Source of the DNA: Candidatus Omnitrophota bacterium
Lineage (GTDB): Bacteria; Ratteibacteria; UBA8468; MWAK01
Direction of reading: 5' to 3'
Assembly: GCA_043826355.1 (NCBI GenBank)
Contig: JBDRQI010000012.1
Location: 10,065-74,064 of the forward strand
DNA: 64,000 nt
The first letter of the stretch is position 1. Each line of letters starts with the position of its first letter. Positions 1-9,167 of the stretch are shown here, one piece after another. The position numbers were made by a program, and so were the translations under genes. Below the pieces are notes generated by a model that was given only the letters and a program-made list of their open reading frames with translations, was not told where the DNA came from and searched no databases.

Positions 1-1873
1 GGTAAGGAACGATAAAAGGCAGTTCGCTTCCCCCGGCATCGATAAATTTCAGGAGCCCGGTTTCAAACTCCGGAATATCATTAATCTTGCCGGCCAGGTA
101 TTGCTCCAGGCGCAGGCTGAGTTCCTGCAGGCGGAGAATCAGTCCGCCGTAACGGATTTCAATAATTTCCAAGCCGAAAGGCTTGTAAGTATCCAGCCAC
201 ATCTGCCGGTGTACCAACCAGAGCTTTTTTGCCTCTTTTAAGAGCGGCCGAACTTCTTCTTTCAGCAACCGCCGGAGTTCTTTTTTATTGCGCTTTTTGT
301 ATGCGGAAACCAGGTTCTTCCGGCAATCGCATTTAATTGTTAAGACAGTTGCCAACTGCGCTGGAAAGAGCAGCCGTTTCAGGGGATCTTCGGCGACCGC
401 TTTCTTGATATCTCCAGCCAGTTTAGCATAATATTTACGGAAAGACAATCCGTTCTGTTGGGGTTCGCACAGACCAATCAGCGGGTCGTCCCAGAGGAGC
501 CACTTGGAAGGGTTAATGATTGTTCTCTCAAATTTTTTCTTATATTTCAGCAGGTCAATTTCACTGGCCAACTCATAGGCGGAAATGTCGGTCTGGCAGG
601 AACCGCGGAAGTTATCGGCCAGGGCTCCTTGGCCAACCTTGTCGGAAAAAGCCGATTCGGCAAAAAACTGGACTGCCGGCAGGATGGAAAAGATGTCGTT
701 TTCCATTCCGTCGTCGCCCCAGGCGGTGATAAACGCCTGGCGGATTTTTTTATTCCGGCTGGCAGCCATACAGGGCTTGAGAACTGAATACGCAAACGGC
801 AGGTTTGACCAGAAGCGGCCCCAATTCCAAGCGCCCGGGGCCACAACCGGTTCTTTGCCCATCTTCCGGTGCATATCAATGAACTTTGCGTAAAACTCAT
901 AATCAAGGTGGTAATAATCCCAGTAAACAAGTTCCACGTTTTTCGGAATGTTGTCAACTACATCCTGCGGCATCGTTGTTTCCAAATCGTAATAGTCGTT
1001 TGTCTTCGAGCCGATGCGGAAATACATATCACTCCACATCATCGGTTTTAAACCGAGCCGGTTGCAGATTGTACACACCTGGCCCAGGTGCTCGTTCATG
1101 ATGTCAAAGGTCCGATGCGCGCCATGACGTTTTTGGTATTCTCCGGTTCCCAGACCGTGCGCCTCATCCATCCCAACGTGAATTCGTTTTGACCGGTAGG
1201 GTTTGCTGGCAGCGGAAATCATCTCCTCCAGAAGCCGGTAGGTCTTTTCCTCGCCGGCCAGAAGGATGTTGCGGGTGTCGGTTACGTCCCGGTAGGTTTC
1301 CGGCCACTGTAAGAGCTGTTCCAGGTGGCCCAGCGTCTGGATGCAGGGAAACATTTCGACGCCGAGGTTAAAGGCGTAGTCGTCCACTTCTTTCAGTTCC
1401 CAGTAGGTGTAGCGGCCGCGCAGGTATCCGAAGAATGGCTGGCCCGGGACTTCGTAGGTATCTTCGGTGTAAAGCATCACGGTGTTGATTCCCATCAGGG
1501 CAAACCTTCGCAGGAGCGATTTGAGGGCGCCGGTTTTGATTACGCCGTTACGGGAGCAGTCAAGCATAACACCCAGCATCTCAAAACTTGAAGATTCGGT
1601 CGTATCTCTTTTAGGCCGGCCGAAGTTTTTCCGGCCCAGAATCCGGCCTAAGGCCCGGAATGCGTCTGCTTTACAAAGATAGCGAACGGACACCGTTTTT
1701 TTTGTTTCAGAAATCGCTATTTCCCGGGCATTTTCCGAGCCGGAAATCGGTTGAAAGGCAATCTCCCGGTCGCCCGGATTTTTCCGGAAATTTATCGGAT
1801 ATTCATCTTTCAATTGTTTAATGCCCGGCAACAATTCTTCCGGTGTTTTCTGTAAGTCAATGAAGCATGCCAT
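1..1873 (-). CDS. GH20 beta-N-acetylhexosaminidase (GcnA-like), 3' end runs off the window
   Basis: Not in the ORF track (no stop inside window). Translated by hand from ATG 1873: MACFIDLQ...GVMLDCSRNGV...YTEDTYEV...IQTLGH...RIHVGMDEAH (GH20 catalytic DE); frame spot-checked at 1186 and 79. Confidence 0.85.
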   Translation of the reverse strand, partial: MACFIDLQKTPEELLPGIKQLKDEYPINFRKNPGDREIAFQPISGSENAREIAISETKKTVSVRYLCKADAFRALGRILGRKNFGRPKRDTTESSSFEMLGVMLDCSRNGVIKTGALKSLLRRFALMGINTVMLYTEDTYEVPGQPFFGYLRGRYTYWELKEVDDYAFNLGVEMFPCIQTLGHLEQLLQWPETYRDVTDTRNILLAGEEKTYRLLEEMISAASKPYRSKRIHVGMDEAHGLGTGEYQKRHGAHRTFDIMNEHLGQVCTICNRLGLKPMMWSDMYFRIGSKTNDYYDLETTMPQDVVDNIPKNVELVYWDYYHLDYEFYAKFIDMHRKMGKEPVVAPGAWNWGRFWSNLPFAYSVLKPCMAASRNKKIRQAFITAWGDDGMENDIFSILPAVQFFAESAFSDKVGQGALADNFRGSCQTDISAYELASEIDLLKYKKKFERTIINPSKWLLWDDPLIGLCEPQQNGLSFRKYYAKLAGDIKKAVAEDPLKRLLFPAQLATVLTIKCDCRKNLVSAYKKRNKKELRRLLKEEVRPLLKEAKKLWLVHRQMWLDTYKPFGLEIIEIRYGGLILRLQELSLRLEQYLAGKINDIPEFETGLLKFIDAGGSELPFIVPY

Positions 1874-1883
1874 TTTTCCCCTT

Positions 1884-2495
1884 TTATTTTTCGCCGATAA
1901 AAACCCGCCGACCGGAGATTTTCAATCTTTTTTCCGCGAAAAGTTTAATTGCCAGCGGATAAATAATGTGTTCCTGCTGGTGAATCCGGCTTAAGAGCGT
2001 TTCCGGTGTGTCCTCCGGCAGGACTGGCACCACCGCCTGCAGGATAACCGGACCGGAATCCACGCCTTTTTCCACCAGGTGGACTGTGCATCCGGTGAAC
2101 CGCACGCCGTAATCAAACGCCTGCTTCCAGGCTTCTAAGCCGGGAAAAGAAGGCAGGAGCGAGGGGTGGATGTTCAAGACCCGGCCTGGAAATGCGGCGA
2201 GTATTTTGTCCTTAATAACCCGCATGAACCCGGCCAGACAGACCAGTTCTACGCCGGCTTCTTTCAGGGCGGTTATGTATTTTTCCTCTGCCTCCGGAGA
2301 GAGGACGGTGCGTTTCGGTCCCGGTGGAATATACTGCGACCTGACGCCGGATTTTTCCGCGCGTTTCAATCCGAAAGCATCCGGGTTGTCGGAGAGGACC
2401 AGGCCGATTTCCACCGGCAGGGAGCCGTTTTTAACCGCATCTATAATCGCCTGCAGGTTTGACCCGCTTCCGGAAAGCAACACCCCGATCTTCAT
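1884..2495 (-). CDS. purN: phosphoribosylglycinamide formyltransferase
   Basis: SGSGSNLQA, LAGFMR, NIHPSLLP, GCTVHLV, DSGPVI motifs. Confidence 0.97.
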   Translation of the reverse strand: MKIGVLLSGSGSNLQAIIDAVKNGSLPVEIGLVLSDNPDAFGLKRAEKSGVRSQYIPPGPKRTVLSPEAEEKYITALKEAGVELVCLAGFMRVIKDKILAAFPGRVLNIHPSLLPSFPGLEAWKQAFDYGVRFTGCTVHLVEKGVDSGPVILQAVVPVLPEDTPETLLSRIHQQEHIIYPLAIKLFAEKRLKISGRRVFIGEK

Positions 2496-2507
2496 GTTAT
2501 GCTTATT

Positions 2508-2579
2508 TGTTATTCTGAGGCGTTAGCCGAAGAATCCCGTTTTTGAACTGCGAGATTCTTCGTTTCACTCAGAATGACA
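2508..2579. repeat. palindromic element family A (TGTCATTCTGAG..GAAGAATC..GATTCTTC..CTCAGAATGACA)
   Basis: Two hairpins in inverted orientation; near-identical copies at 7569, 15339, 54846. Confidence 0.9.
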
Positions 2580-2584
2580 TCTTT

Positions 2585-2923
2585 CTATATTTTTTTAATC
2601 TGGGTTAAAATCCGGTCCAGCCGTTTCAGGCCAGCCAAAAGTTCTTTAACCGGAACAGATGTTCCGTTCTTATCTTTTTTTGATTCTTTCCGGCGCAAAA
2701 CCTTTTTGACTGCAGCAATACGGTAGCCGTGTTGATAAAGAAGGTCCTTCAGCCGGATGATATTTTCCAGTTCTTTTTCGGTATAAAGGCGCTGGCCGCG
2801 GCTGTTGCGAACCGGCTTCAGGAAGAAGGAAAATTCATTCTCCCAGTACCGGATGGTGTGGCTGGCGATGCCGGTTTTTCGGCTTATTTCACCAATTCGA
2901 TAGTATACCTTGTTTTCAGACAT
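2585..2923 (-). CDS. MerR-family transcriptional regulator
   Basis: YYRIGEIS...TIRYWE...RNSRGQRLY MerR HTH. Confidence 0.9.
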   Translation of the reverse strand: MSENKVYYRIGEISRKTGIASHTIRYWENEFSFFLKPVRNSRGQRLYTEKELENIIRLKDLLYQHGYRIAAVKKVLRRKESKKDKNGTSVPVKELLAGLKRLDRILTQIKKI

Positions 2924-2931
2924 AATTGCAT

Positions 2932-2965
2932 CCCCTTCCCTTCACCCCTCCCGCCAGGGGAGGGG
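2932..2965. repeat. palindromic element family E (CCCCT(C)CCC..GGGGAGGGG)
   Basis: CCCCTTCCCTTCACCCCTCCCGCCAGGGGAGGGG; close match at 57123-57156. Confidence 0.8.
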
Positions 2966-2974
2966 AAATAAAGG

Positions 2975-3958
2975 TTATTCGTCTTTCGGCGGTCTGGTCA
3001 TCAATTCCCGGACCGCCTCCGCCGGGTTTTTACCGTTGAAGAGCACCTCGGCAATCTGGGCGGATATGGGCATCTCTACGCCGGTCTTTTCCGCCAGCAT
3101 CAGAGAAGGCCGGACGGTGTAATAACCCTCTACCACCGATTCCTGCCCGGCGATAATCGCTTTCGGGTCTTCGCCCCGGCCGATCGCCAGGCCGAAGCAA
3201 TGGTTCCGGGAAACCGGGCTGCTCGCGGTCGTAATCAAGTCGCCCAGGCCGGAGAGGCCGAAAAGGGTTCTTTCCCGGCCGCCAAGCGCTCTTCCCAACC
3301 GAGCCATTTCAGCCAGGCCCCGGCAGAGCAGCGCCGCTTTGGTATTTTCGCCCAGACCCAGACCCTCTACAATCCCGGCCGCGATCGCCATCGGATTCTT
3401 GAGCGCGCCGCCCAACTCTACGCCGATCGGGTCAAGGCTGGTATAGATTCGGAACTTTTCGGAGTTGAGAACATTTTGGCAAAGGGTGGCAAGATCTTCA
3501 TTCTCTGCGGCGCAGACCGCGCCAGCCGGCAAACCAGCGGCCAGTTCCCGGGCGATGGTTGGTCCGGAGAGCACCGTAAAATCAACTTGGCCCATCTCGG
3601 AGCGCAGGACTTCGCTCATCCGAAAACCGGTCTTATCCTCCAGGCCTTTGGTGGCGATGAGAAAATGGCCCTTCGCTTTTATTTTAGAAAGGTTTGACGC
3701 TGTTTCCCGGAAAGCGAACGACGGCGGGGCCAGGATGAAAAATCCGGCCTCTTTTACGTCTTCCAGCGAAACGGTAATCTTTATTTCATCCGGCAGGAGT
3801 ATTCCCGGCAGAAACTTGGGATTTTCTCTTTTTTCCGTCAATACCATTCCGTAATCCGGGAACTTTTCGTAGAGAACGACCCGTCTGCCTTTTCGGGCCA
3901 GGAGCAAGGCAATGGTTGTTCCCCAGGCGCCGGCGCCGATTACTGCTGTCATTTCCAT
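2975..3958 (-). CDS. gpsA: NAD(P)H-dependent glycerol-3-phosphate dehydrogenase
   Basis: GAGAWGT, ATKGLE, LSGP, GGALKN, GLGDLITT, SRN, EG motifs. Confidence 0.96.
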   Translation of the reverse strand: MEMTAVIGAGAWGTTIALLLARKGRRVVLYEKFPDYGMVLTEKRENPKFLPGILLPDEIKITVSLEDVKEAGFFILAPPSFAFRETASNLSKIKAKGHFLIATKGLEDKTGFRMSEVLRSEMGQVDFTVLSGPTIARELAAGLPAGAVCAAENEDLATLCQNVLNSEKFRIYTSLDPIGVELGGALKNPMAIAAGIVEGLGLGENTKAALLCRGLAEMARLGRALGGRERTLFGLSGLGDLITTASSPVSRNHCFGLAIGRGEDPKAIIAGQESVVEGYYTVRPSLMLAEKTGVEMPISAQIAEVLFNGKNPAEAVRELMTRPPKDE

Positions 3959-4578
3959 ATTGATATTATCTTAAATTTTGAATGAAAATTAACTTTGGGT
4001 TCCTGCCCGGAGAGGAGCCGTTTGATATTTTTCCGGTGCGCCAGAAAGACCAGAACCGCAATCAGGACGCCGAAAGATAGAAAGGCGGGCTGACGGTTGG
4101 CCAAGTACCAGAGTAAGGGAGGTAGAGATAAGGATGCGGCCAGAGAAGAAAAAGAAACGATGCGGCTTGCCGCGAAAATTGCCAGCCAGACCAAAAGAAC
4201 AAAAAGGGCAGTCAGGGGAGAGAGGCCAATCAAAACACCGAAACTGGTTGCCACTCCTTTGCCGCCTTTAAACTTTAAGAATATCGAAAAAGTGTGGCCG
4301 ATAATTGCGGCCAGACCGATGGTAATTATCCACCACCCGGACGGCGAAAGGCAGGCCTGGCGGGCCAGGATTGTGGGTAGTAGTCCTTTAACGGCATCCA
4401 GCAGGAGGGTGGCGGCGGCCGGGCCTTTACCTATTATGCGCAGGATATTGGCCGCGCCGATATTGCCGCTGCCCTTTGTGCGGATATCAATACCGCGGGA
4501 CCGTCCGATTAAATAACCGAAGGGGATCGACCCTAAAAGGTAACCGCCAACCAGTAGATATAAACCGACCAGGTTCAA
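3949..4578 (-). CDS. plsY: glycerol-3-phosphate 1-O-acyltransferase
   Basis: GSIPFG, GSGNIGAAN, FKGGKGVAT, HRKNI motifs; TTG start. Confidence 0.96.
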   Translation of the reverse strand: MNLVGLYLLVGGYLLGSIPFGYLIGRSRGIDIRTKGSGNIGAANILRIIGKGPAAATLLLDAVKGLLPTILARQACLSPSGWWIITIGLAAIIGHTFSIFLKFKGGKGVATSFGVLIGLSPLTALFVLLVWLAIFAASRIVSFSSLAASLSLPPLLWYLANRQPAFLSFGVLIAVLVFLAHRKNIKRLLSGQEPKVNFHSKFKIISIWK

Positions 4579-4590
4579 ATTTGAAAAGGA

Positions 4591-5226
4591 TTATGCTACG
4601 CCGATCAGTTGTTTGGCTTTAATTGCCGCGGTAGCCGCATCTTCACCGTAGGCATCAGCGCCAATTTCGTCTGCGTAGGCCTGGGTGATCGGAGCGCCGC
4701 CAATCATCACCTTTACGTTATCGCGCACGCCGGCTGCTTTCAGGGCTTCAATCACGCCCTTCATTCCGGTCATGGTGGTGGTCAACAAGGCGGAGAGTCC
4801 GATGACTTGAACGCCTTCTTTGACTGCGGCCACGAACTTTTCTTCCGGAACGTCGATTCCCAGGTCCATTACCTCAAAACCGCCGCCTTTCAGCATCATT
4901 ACGACCAGGTTCTTGCCGATGTCGTGAAGGTCGCCTTTAACCGTGCCGACTGCAACCTTGCCCAACGGCTTGATTCCGGCCTTGGTTAAAAGGGGTTGAA
5001 GAATGTCCATGCCGGCATGCATCGCCCGGGCGGCAATTAATACTTCCGGAACGTAGAATTCATTGGCGCGGAATTTGACTCCCACCACGTTCATTCCGGC
5101 GATGAGACCTTTATTGAGAATATCTTCTACCGGTACGCCTTCGCTTACCGCGGCGCCGACCAGATTCTTTACGTCTGCCATTTTTCCACCAATTACGCTG
5201 TCTGCAAGCTTTTGTAAATCCGCCAT
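4591..5226 (-). CDS. corrinoid (cobalamin-binding) methyltransferase protein, MtaC/MttC-like
   Basis: GDLHDIGKN (DxHxxG), SALLTTT, IGGAP B12-binding motifs with N-terminal cap domain. Confidence 0.93.
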   Translation of the reverse strand: MADLQKLADSVIGGKMADVKNLVGAAVSEGVPVEDILNKGLIAGMNVVGVKFRANEFYVPEVLIAARAMHAGMDILQPLLTKAGIKPLGKVAVGTVKGDLHDIGKNLVVMMLKGGGFEVMDLGIDVPEEKFVAAVKEGVQVIGLSALLTTTMTGMKGVIEALKAAGVRDNVKVMIGGAPITQAYADEIGADAYGEDAATAAIKAKQLIGVA

Positions 5227-5300
5227 TTCTCTTTCCTCCGTTTTGTTGCCACAGAAAACAACCGAAACAAAAAATTTGTGAACAAAAGGTACAAAATAAT

Positions 5301-5329
5301 ATTTTAGACTACCTGAAAGTTGCTGTCAA
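5301..5329 (-). promoter_or_regulatory. sigma70-type promoter for corrinoid protein-plsY-gpsA
   Basis: Minus strand TTGACA (5329-5324), 17 bp, TAAAAT (5306-5301). Confidence 0.75.
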
Positions 5330-5423
5330 ATGACCGTAACTTCTTTTCGTTTTCGTTGGAAACGTTTTGCTCGAATGAAATGTTTTCACTTTCGGACGGG
5401 CAGACCGGGCCACGGGGTGTGCG

Positions 5424-6521
5424 TTAGTTGCCGGGTTTCGTGGACATAACAACTTCCCGGAGGCGTTCCATAAAATAGCGATAATTGGCAAAACTGACGT
5501 CGGAAAGAACAAAGTGGTCCGGACCGGGGATGTACCTTCCTTTTTCTATTAATCGGTGCGCTTTTTCCAACTCTAAATCAATCGCTTTCTTGCCCTGCGC
5601 CATTACGTTCTTGTTAAGTCCGCCGATGACACCCAGGTCCGGGAAACTGTCCAGAACTTTCGCAACGTCGTTGCCTGCCTGCGCCTCGTAAGGGTACATT
5701 GTATTTACCCCGCTTTCCACCATGAGTTTCGTTAAACCCTCTATCTGACCGTCCGAATCAACCAGAATAATCTTGATGCCGTGTTTTTTTGCGAAATCGG
5801 CAATCTTCAGATAATGGGGTTTCAGAAATTCCCTGAAGGTGGCGGGCGAAATGAGGGAACCGTTCTTGGACGCCATATCTTCCCAGCATTCAATCAGGTC
5901 AAAATCCACCTCGCGCGCCATCTTTTCCCAAAGGGCAATGGCCATTTCCGTATATGTAGTCATGATATCAAGGACGAGGTCCGGGGTGTCGTAGAAGGCA
6001 AGGGCGAGAGCCTGGTCCCCCATAATGTTTCGGGCAAATCCGTAAACACCCCCGTGCGTCAACTGAAGAGGGTAATCCCTGGTTTGGTATTGCGCGGCAA
6101 GCTCTTTCCAGTTTTTCGGGAAACGTTCCGGGTCTTCCGGCTGCAGGTGCCGCTCTTTGAAACGTCCCCAGTCGTTTCCGGTCTTTACGGGCCAAGCAAT
6201 GTAACTGCTGAAATGAAAATCAGCGTCTTTTTGCCTGATGACGGTTCTTCCTATGCCGTCTTTTAGCACAACGCGTGTTTCGTTTTCTTCCATGATTTTT
6301 TCTTCGTCAAGCCGGGAGCAGCTTGTGTTTACCGGCGTAATCTGCCAGCCGCGGTACTGTCCCTCAAATTGCAAGAGGTCATCAATGCAATTGGAAATCC
6401 CGGGATACTCTTTTTCCCAGACCGGTAGAATGGCATTTTTTCCACCGAATATTTTCATAAAAGGTACCCGGTCAACCTTCTGTCCCGTTAGCACCTTGAC
6501 AAAACGTTCCCGCGTGGTCAT
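5424..6521 (-). CDS. uroporphyrinogen decarboxylase-fold (MtaA/CmuA-like) protein, probable corrinoid methyltransferase
   Basis: MTTRERF..DRVP start, WEDMASKNGSLISP, DSDG, IPGPDH; adjacent to corrinoid protein. Confidence 0.8.
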   Translation of the reverse strand: MTTRERFVKVLTGQKVDRVPFMKIFGGKNAILPVWEKEYPGISNCIDDLLQFEGQYRGWQITPVNTSCSRLDEEKIMEENETRVVLKDGIGRTVIRQKDADFHFSSYIAWPVKTGNDWGRFKERHLQPEDPERFPKNWKELAAQYQTRDYPLQLTHGGVYGFARNIMGDQALALAFYDTPDLVLDIMTTYTEMAIALWEKMAREVDFDLIECWEDMASKNGSLISPATFREFLKPHYLKIADFAKKHGIKIILVDSDGQIEGLTKLMVESGVNTMYPYEAQAGNDVAKVLDSFPDLGVIGGLNKNVMAQGKKAIDLELEKAHRLIEKGRYIPGPDHFVLSDVSFANYRYFMERLREVVMSTKPGN

Positions 6522-6609
6522 CGAAAACTCCCCGTTTTATTTTTGCCGGCTGGGTTTTTCCTTTGCTCCGCTGTTTTTAGATGGAGAATATGGGATTAGT
6601 CTTCCTTTT

Positions 6610-7560
6610 TTAATTCTTCTCCAAAGGCCTAACACCGCATAACCCGATGAGGCGATAAACCAACCGGCTGGCAAAATAGGAAGAGGGAGTGTGGTGCAGG
6701 CTGCCGTTAAGTTCCACGACGTCAAAGCCGACCACCCGGTGTTTCTGCGCCAACCGGCGGAGAAAACGGTTTGTTTCGGACCATCCTAAACCGCCTGGCT
6801 CCGGTGTTCCCACCGCCGGGACTTCAGCCGGGTCAAAAAAGTCCAGGTCTATGGAAAGATAAACAGATTCCGTCAGGTTGGATGATATCAGGGAAAGCCA
6901 ATCTTTTTTTTCCTTCAGTTTTTCCGCCCGGATGACTTTCAGTTTTGCCCCCCCACCTACATTCAACCCCTTTCCAGAACTTTGGAAAGGGCACCCGTCC
7001 CCTCGGGGGGGGAGGGAAAGAGGGGGTGAAGGAAGCGGCAGGTCTTCGGCGGGGATACAGCGGACGCCCATAACGGTAATCGGAATCCCCATTTCCATTA
7101 TCCGGCGGCTGACGCAGGCATGGTTATATCTGGTTCCCTGGTATGTTTTCCTTAGGTCTGCGTGGGCATCCAGGGTCAGGACCGAGAGCTTCGGATATAT
7201 TTTGTGAAATGCCTTTGCTGCGCCTGCGGTTATTGAATGCTCCCCACCCAGAATAACCGGGAAAACCCGGTTTTGCAGAATTTTGGTGACGTACTTTTCC
7301 ACTTCGTTTACCACGGCTTCCGGCCGGGAAAGGTCTGGCCAGAGTTCCGGCAGGGTGGCAATTCCCAGGTCAGAAGGTTCAAAACCCAGGGATTCGTCGT
7401 ACATTTCCAGAAACCGGCTGGCCAGGATTATCTCCTGGGGGCCGAAACGGGTTCCGGCCTGATAAGAGGTGGTGCCGTCGTAAGCAACCGGCAGGATTGC
7501 CACCCGCGCCTTTTCCAGAGGCCGGGGTGGAAGCCCGGCAAAGGTGTAAGGAATTTCCAT
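6610..7560 (-). CDS. speB: agmatinase carrying an in-frame palindromic insertion
   Basis: GGEHS, DAHAD, SIDLDFFDP, GTPEPGG ureohydrolase motifs; next to arginine decarboxylase. Confidence 0.93.
   Translation of the reverse strand: MEIPYTFAGLPPRPLEKARVAILPVAYDGTTSYQAGTRFGPQEIILASRFLEMYDESLGFEPSDLGIATLPELWPDLSRPEAVVNEVEKYVTKILQNRVFPVILGGEHSITAGAAKAFHKIYPKLSVLTLDAHADLRKTYQGTRYNHACVSRRIMEMGIPITVMGVRCIPAEDLPLPSPPLSLPPRGDGCPFQSSGKGLNVGGGAKLKVIRAEKLKEKKDWLSLISSNLTESVYLSIDLDFFDPAEVPAVGTPEPGGLGWSETNRFLRRLAQKHRVVGFDVVELNGSLHHTPSSYFASRLVYRLIGLCGVRPLEKN
6948..7033. repeat. composite family-E element inside speB
   Basis: Nested hairpin CCCTTTCCA-gaactt-TGGAAAGGG (6968-6991) then CACCCGTCCCC..GGGGAGGG; matches the reverse complement of 10469-10537. 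Confidence 0.88.
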
Positions 7561-7568
7561 AAATTGTT

Positions 7569-7637
7569 TGTCATTCTGAGAGATAGCGAAGAATCCCGTT
7601 TTTAACTACGAGACCCTTCACCTTGTTCAGGATGACA
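7569..7637. repeat. palindromic element family A
   Basis: TGTCATTCTGAG..GAAGAATCCCG..CGAGACCCTTC..TCAGGATGACA. Confidence 0.9.
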
Positions 7638-7639
7638 GG

Positions 7640-8191
7640 TTATAATATTAATACTGCGGCCGAGACAACGGTGGTCCACCGTCCGTCCTTATCGCCGATA
7701 GCCGATTGGGTGGTGTTGGTTGTCTTGACTATCTGGTCGCTCAGTCGCCAGATTTGTTTCTTTTCGTCGTAACTGCTGTCCGGGTCAAACTTGACGCCTA
7801 AGGTAGTTGCCAGCATCTGGGCAGCCAGGTCTTCGGCATAATCCCCGGCTTTTTCGTCGGTCAGGCCGAAGCCGGAGAATTCAGACAGATAGCCGTGGCT
7901 GTGCGGGTTCTTGGGAAGAGCAACTCCGATGGAAGAGGTGATGAGCCGGTGCGGTTCGTCGGTAAAGTTCTTGCTCATTACGCAGAAAAGAATCTGGCCC
8001 GGGTCCAGCAGTTTCAGGCCGGATTCCCGGCTGATTAACCTGGCGCCCGGCGGGAAGATGCTGGTGATGGGGACCAGGTTAAAAGGTGCTATTCCGGCAT
8101 TCCGGAGTGCCCGTTCCAAGCTGGTCAGTTTTTCCCGGTCCCGGCCAACCCCTTTAGTCAGAAAAATCTTTTTTGCGGTTAAATTAACCAT
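7640..8191 (-). CDS. pdaD: pyruvoyl-dependent arginine decarboxylase
   Basis: IFLTKGVG, ALRNAGIAPFNLVPITSIFP, GYLSE, WTTVVSAAV; upstream of agmatinase. Confidence 0.88.
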   Translation of the reverse strand: MVNLTAKKIFLTKGVGRDREKLTSLERALRNAGIAPFNLVPITSIFPPGARLISRESGLKLLDPGQILFCVMSKNFTDEPHRLITSSIGVALPKNPHSHGYLSEFSGFGLTDEKAGDYAEDLAAQMLATTLGVKFDPDSSYDEKKQIWRLSDQIVKTTNTTQSAIGDKDGRWTTVVSAAVLIL

Positions 8192-8203
8192 CTCTTTTGC
8201 CCC

Positions 8204-9166
8204 CTATTCTTTCTTCGCAACACCTGTTATTAGAGAATCAATCTGTAACGCTACCTTCAAGGCAGCCAAACCATCGTTTCCGGTAACTGTTGGTTCTCCC
8301 CCTCCCGTTACTACTTTCAGGAAAGAGTCTATTTCCAGAATCAGGGTTTCCGCTTTTTCCACCGCTATTGGTTCCCTGGTAATCAGGTCAGCCAGACCCG
8401 GCCTTGCTTTTGTTTGCCAGGATTCGTCCGGGTTCTTGCGGTAACAGACAAGTTCCTGATGTTCGCAATCCAGAGACCAGTATTTGTCGCTTTCAAATAC
8501 CCGGATTTTACGCATGCTCTGGTCGCTGATGCGGCTAGCCGTAAGGTTGGCCACCACACCGTTGGTGAATATCAGGCGGCTGGTGGCGATGTCGGCGCTC
8601 TTGGTGAAAGCGGAAAGTCCCAGAGCGCTTACCTCTTTTATCTCAGAATTAACCAGGTCCAGAACCAGGTCAATATCGTGAATCATCAGGTCTGACACTA
8701 CGCTTACTTCGATACCCCGTCCCTTGAAAGGACCCATCCGGTGGATTTCCAGATATTTTGGCGTCGTCAGTTCTTTTGTTAATCGCTGCACCGCCGGGTT
8801 AAAGCGTTCTACGTGGCCAATCTGAAGCGGCACGTTCTTCTGGCGTGAAATTCGGACCAGTTCCTCACCTTCTTCCACAGTGCTGGCGATCGGTTTTTCC
8901 AGGAGGATTGGTTTTCCGGCAGCGAGAAATTCCGATGCAATCCGGTGGTGCAGGTTTGTAGGAACCGCGATGCTTGCCGCGTCTACCTCCGGAATGGTTT
9001 TTTGGTAATCGGCAAACCACGCTGCCCCGTATTCTTTCGCCAGCCGTCTGCCCCGGGTCTCGTCCGGGTCGCAGATTGCCGTAAGTTTTACGCCGGGTTT
9101 GCGGGAATAAACCCTGATGTGGTTTTCCCCCATGTGGCCGGCGCCGACCACTGCTATTCTTATCAT
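8204..9166 (-). CDS. Gfo/Idh/MocA oxidoreductase (UDP-GlcNAc 3-dehydrogenase-like)
   Basis: GAGHMG, EKPIA, GHVERFNPA, DLMIHDID, LTASRIS. Confidence 0.88.
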   Translation of the reverse strand: MIRIAVVGAGHMGENHIRVYSRKPGVKLTAICDPDETRGRRLAKEYGAAWFADYQKTIPEVDAASIAVPTNLHHRIASEFLAAGKPILLEKPIASTVEEGEELVRISRQKNVPLQIGHVERFNPAVQRLTKELTTPKYLEIHRMGPFKGRGIEVSVVSDLMIHDIDLVLDLVNSEIKEVSALGLSAFTKSADIATSRLIFTNGVVANLTASRISDQSMRKIRVFESDKYWSLDCEHQELVCYRKNPDESWQTKARPGLADLITREPIAVEKAETLILEIDSFLKVVTGGGEPTVTGNDGLAALKVALQIDSLITGVAKKE

Positions 9167-9167
9167 T

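Noticed and set aside
458..1682. Short ORFs in the track over the first 1.7 kb
   Set aside because: They are shadows of the minus-strand GH20 gene, which the track missed because it has no stop in the window.
4340..4365. Possible repeat remnant in plsY (RQACL)
   Set aside because: Too short, with no convincing second copy in the window.
5227..5423. Cobalamin riboswitch ahead of the corrinoid gene (or ahead of cbiM)
   Set aside because: No B12-box or GGGAA core seen; a plain sigma70 promoter and NikR sites explain these regions.
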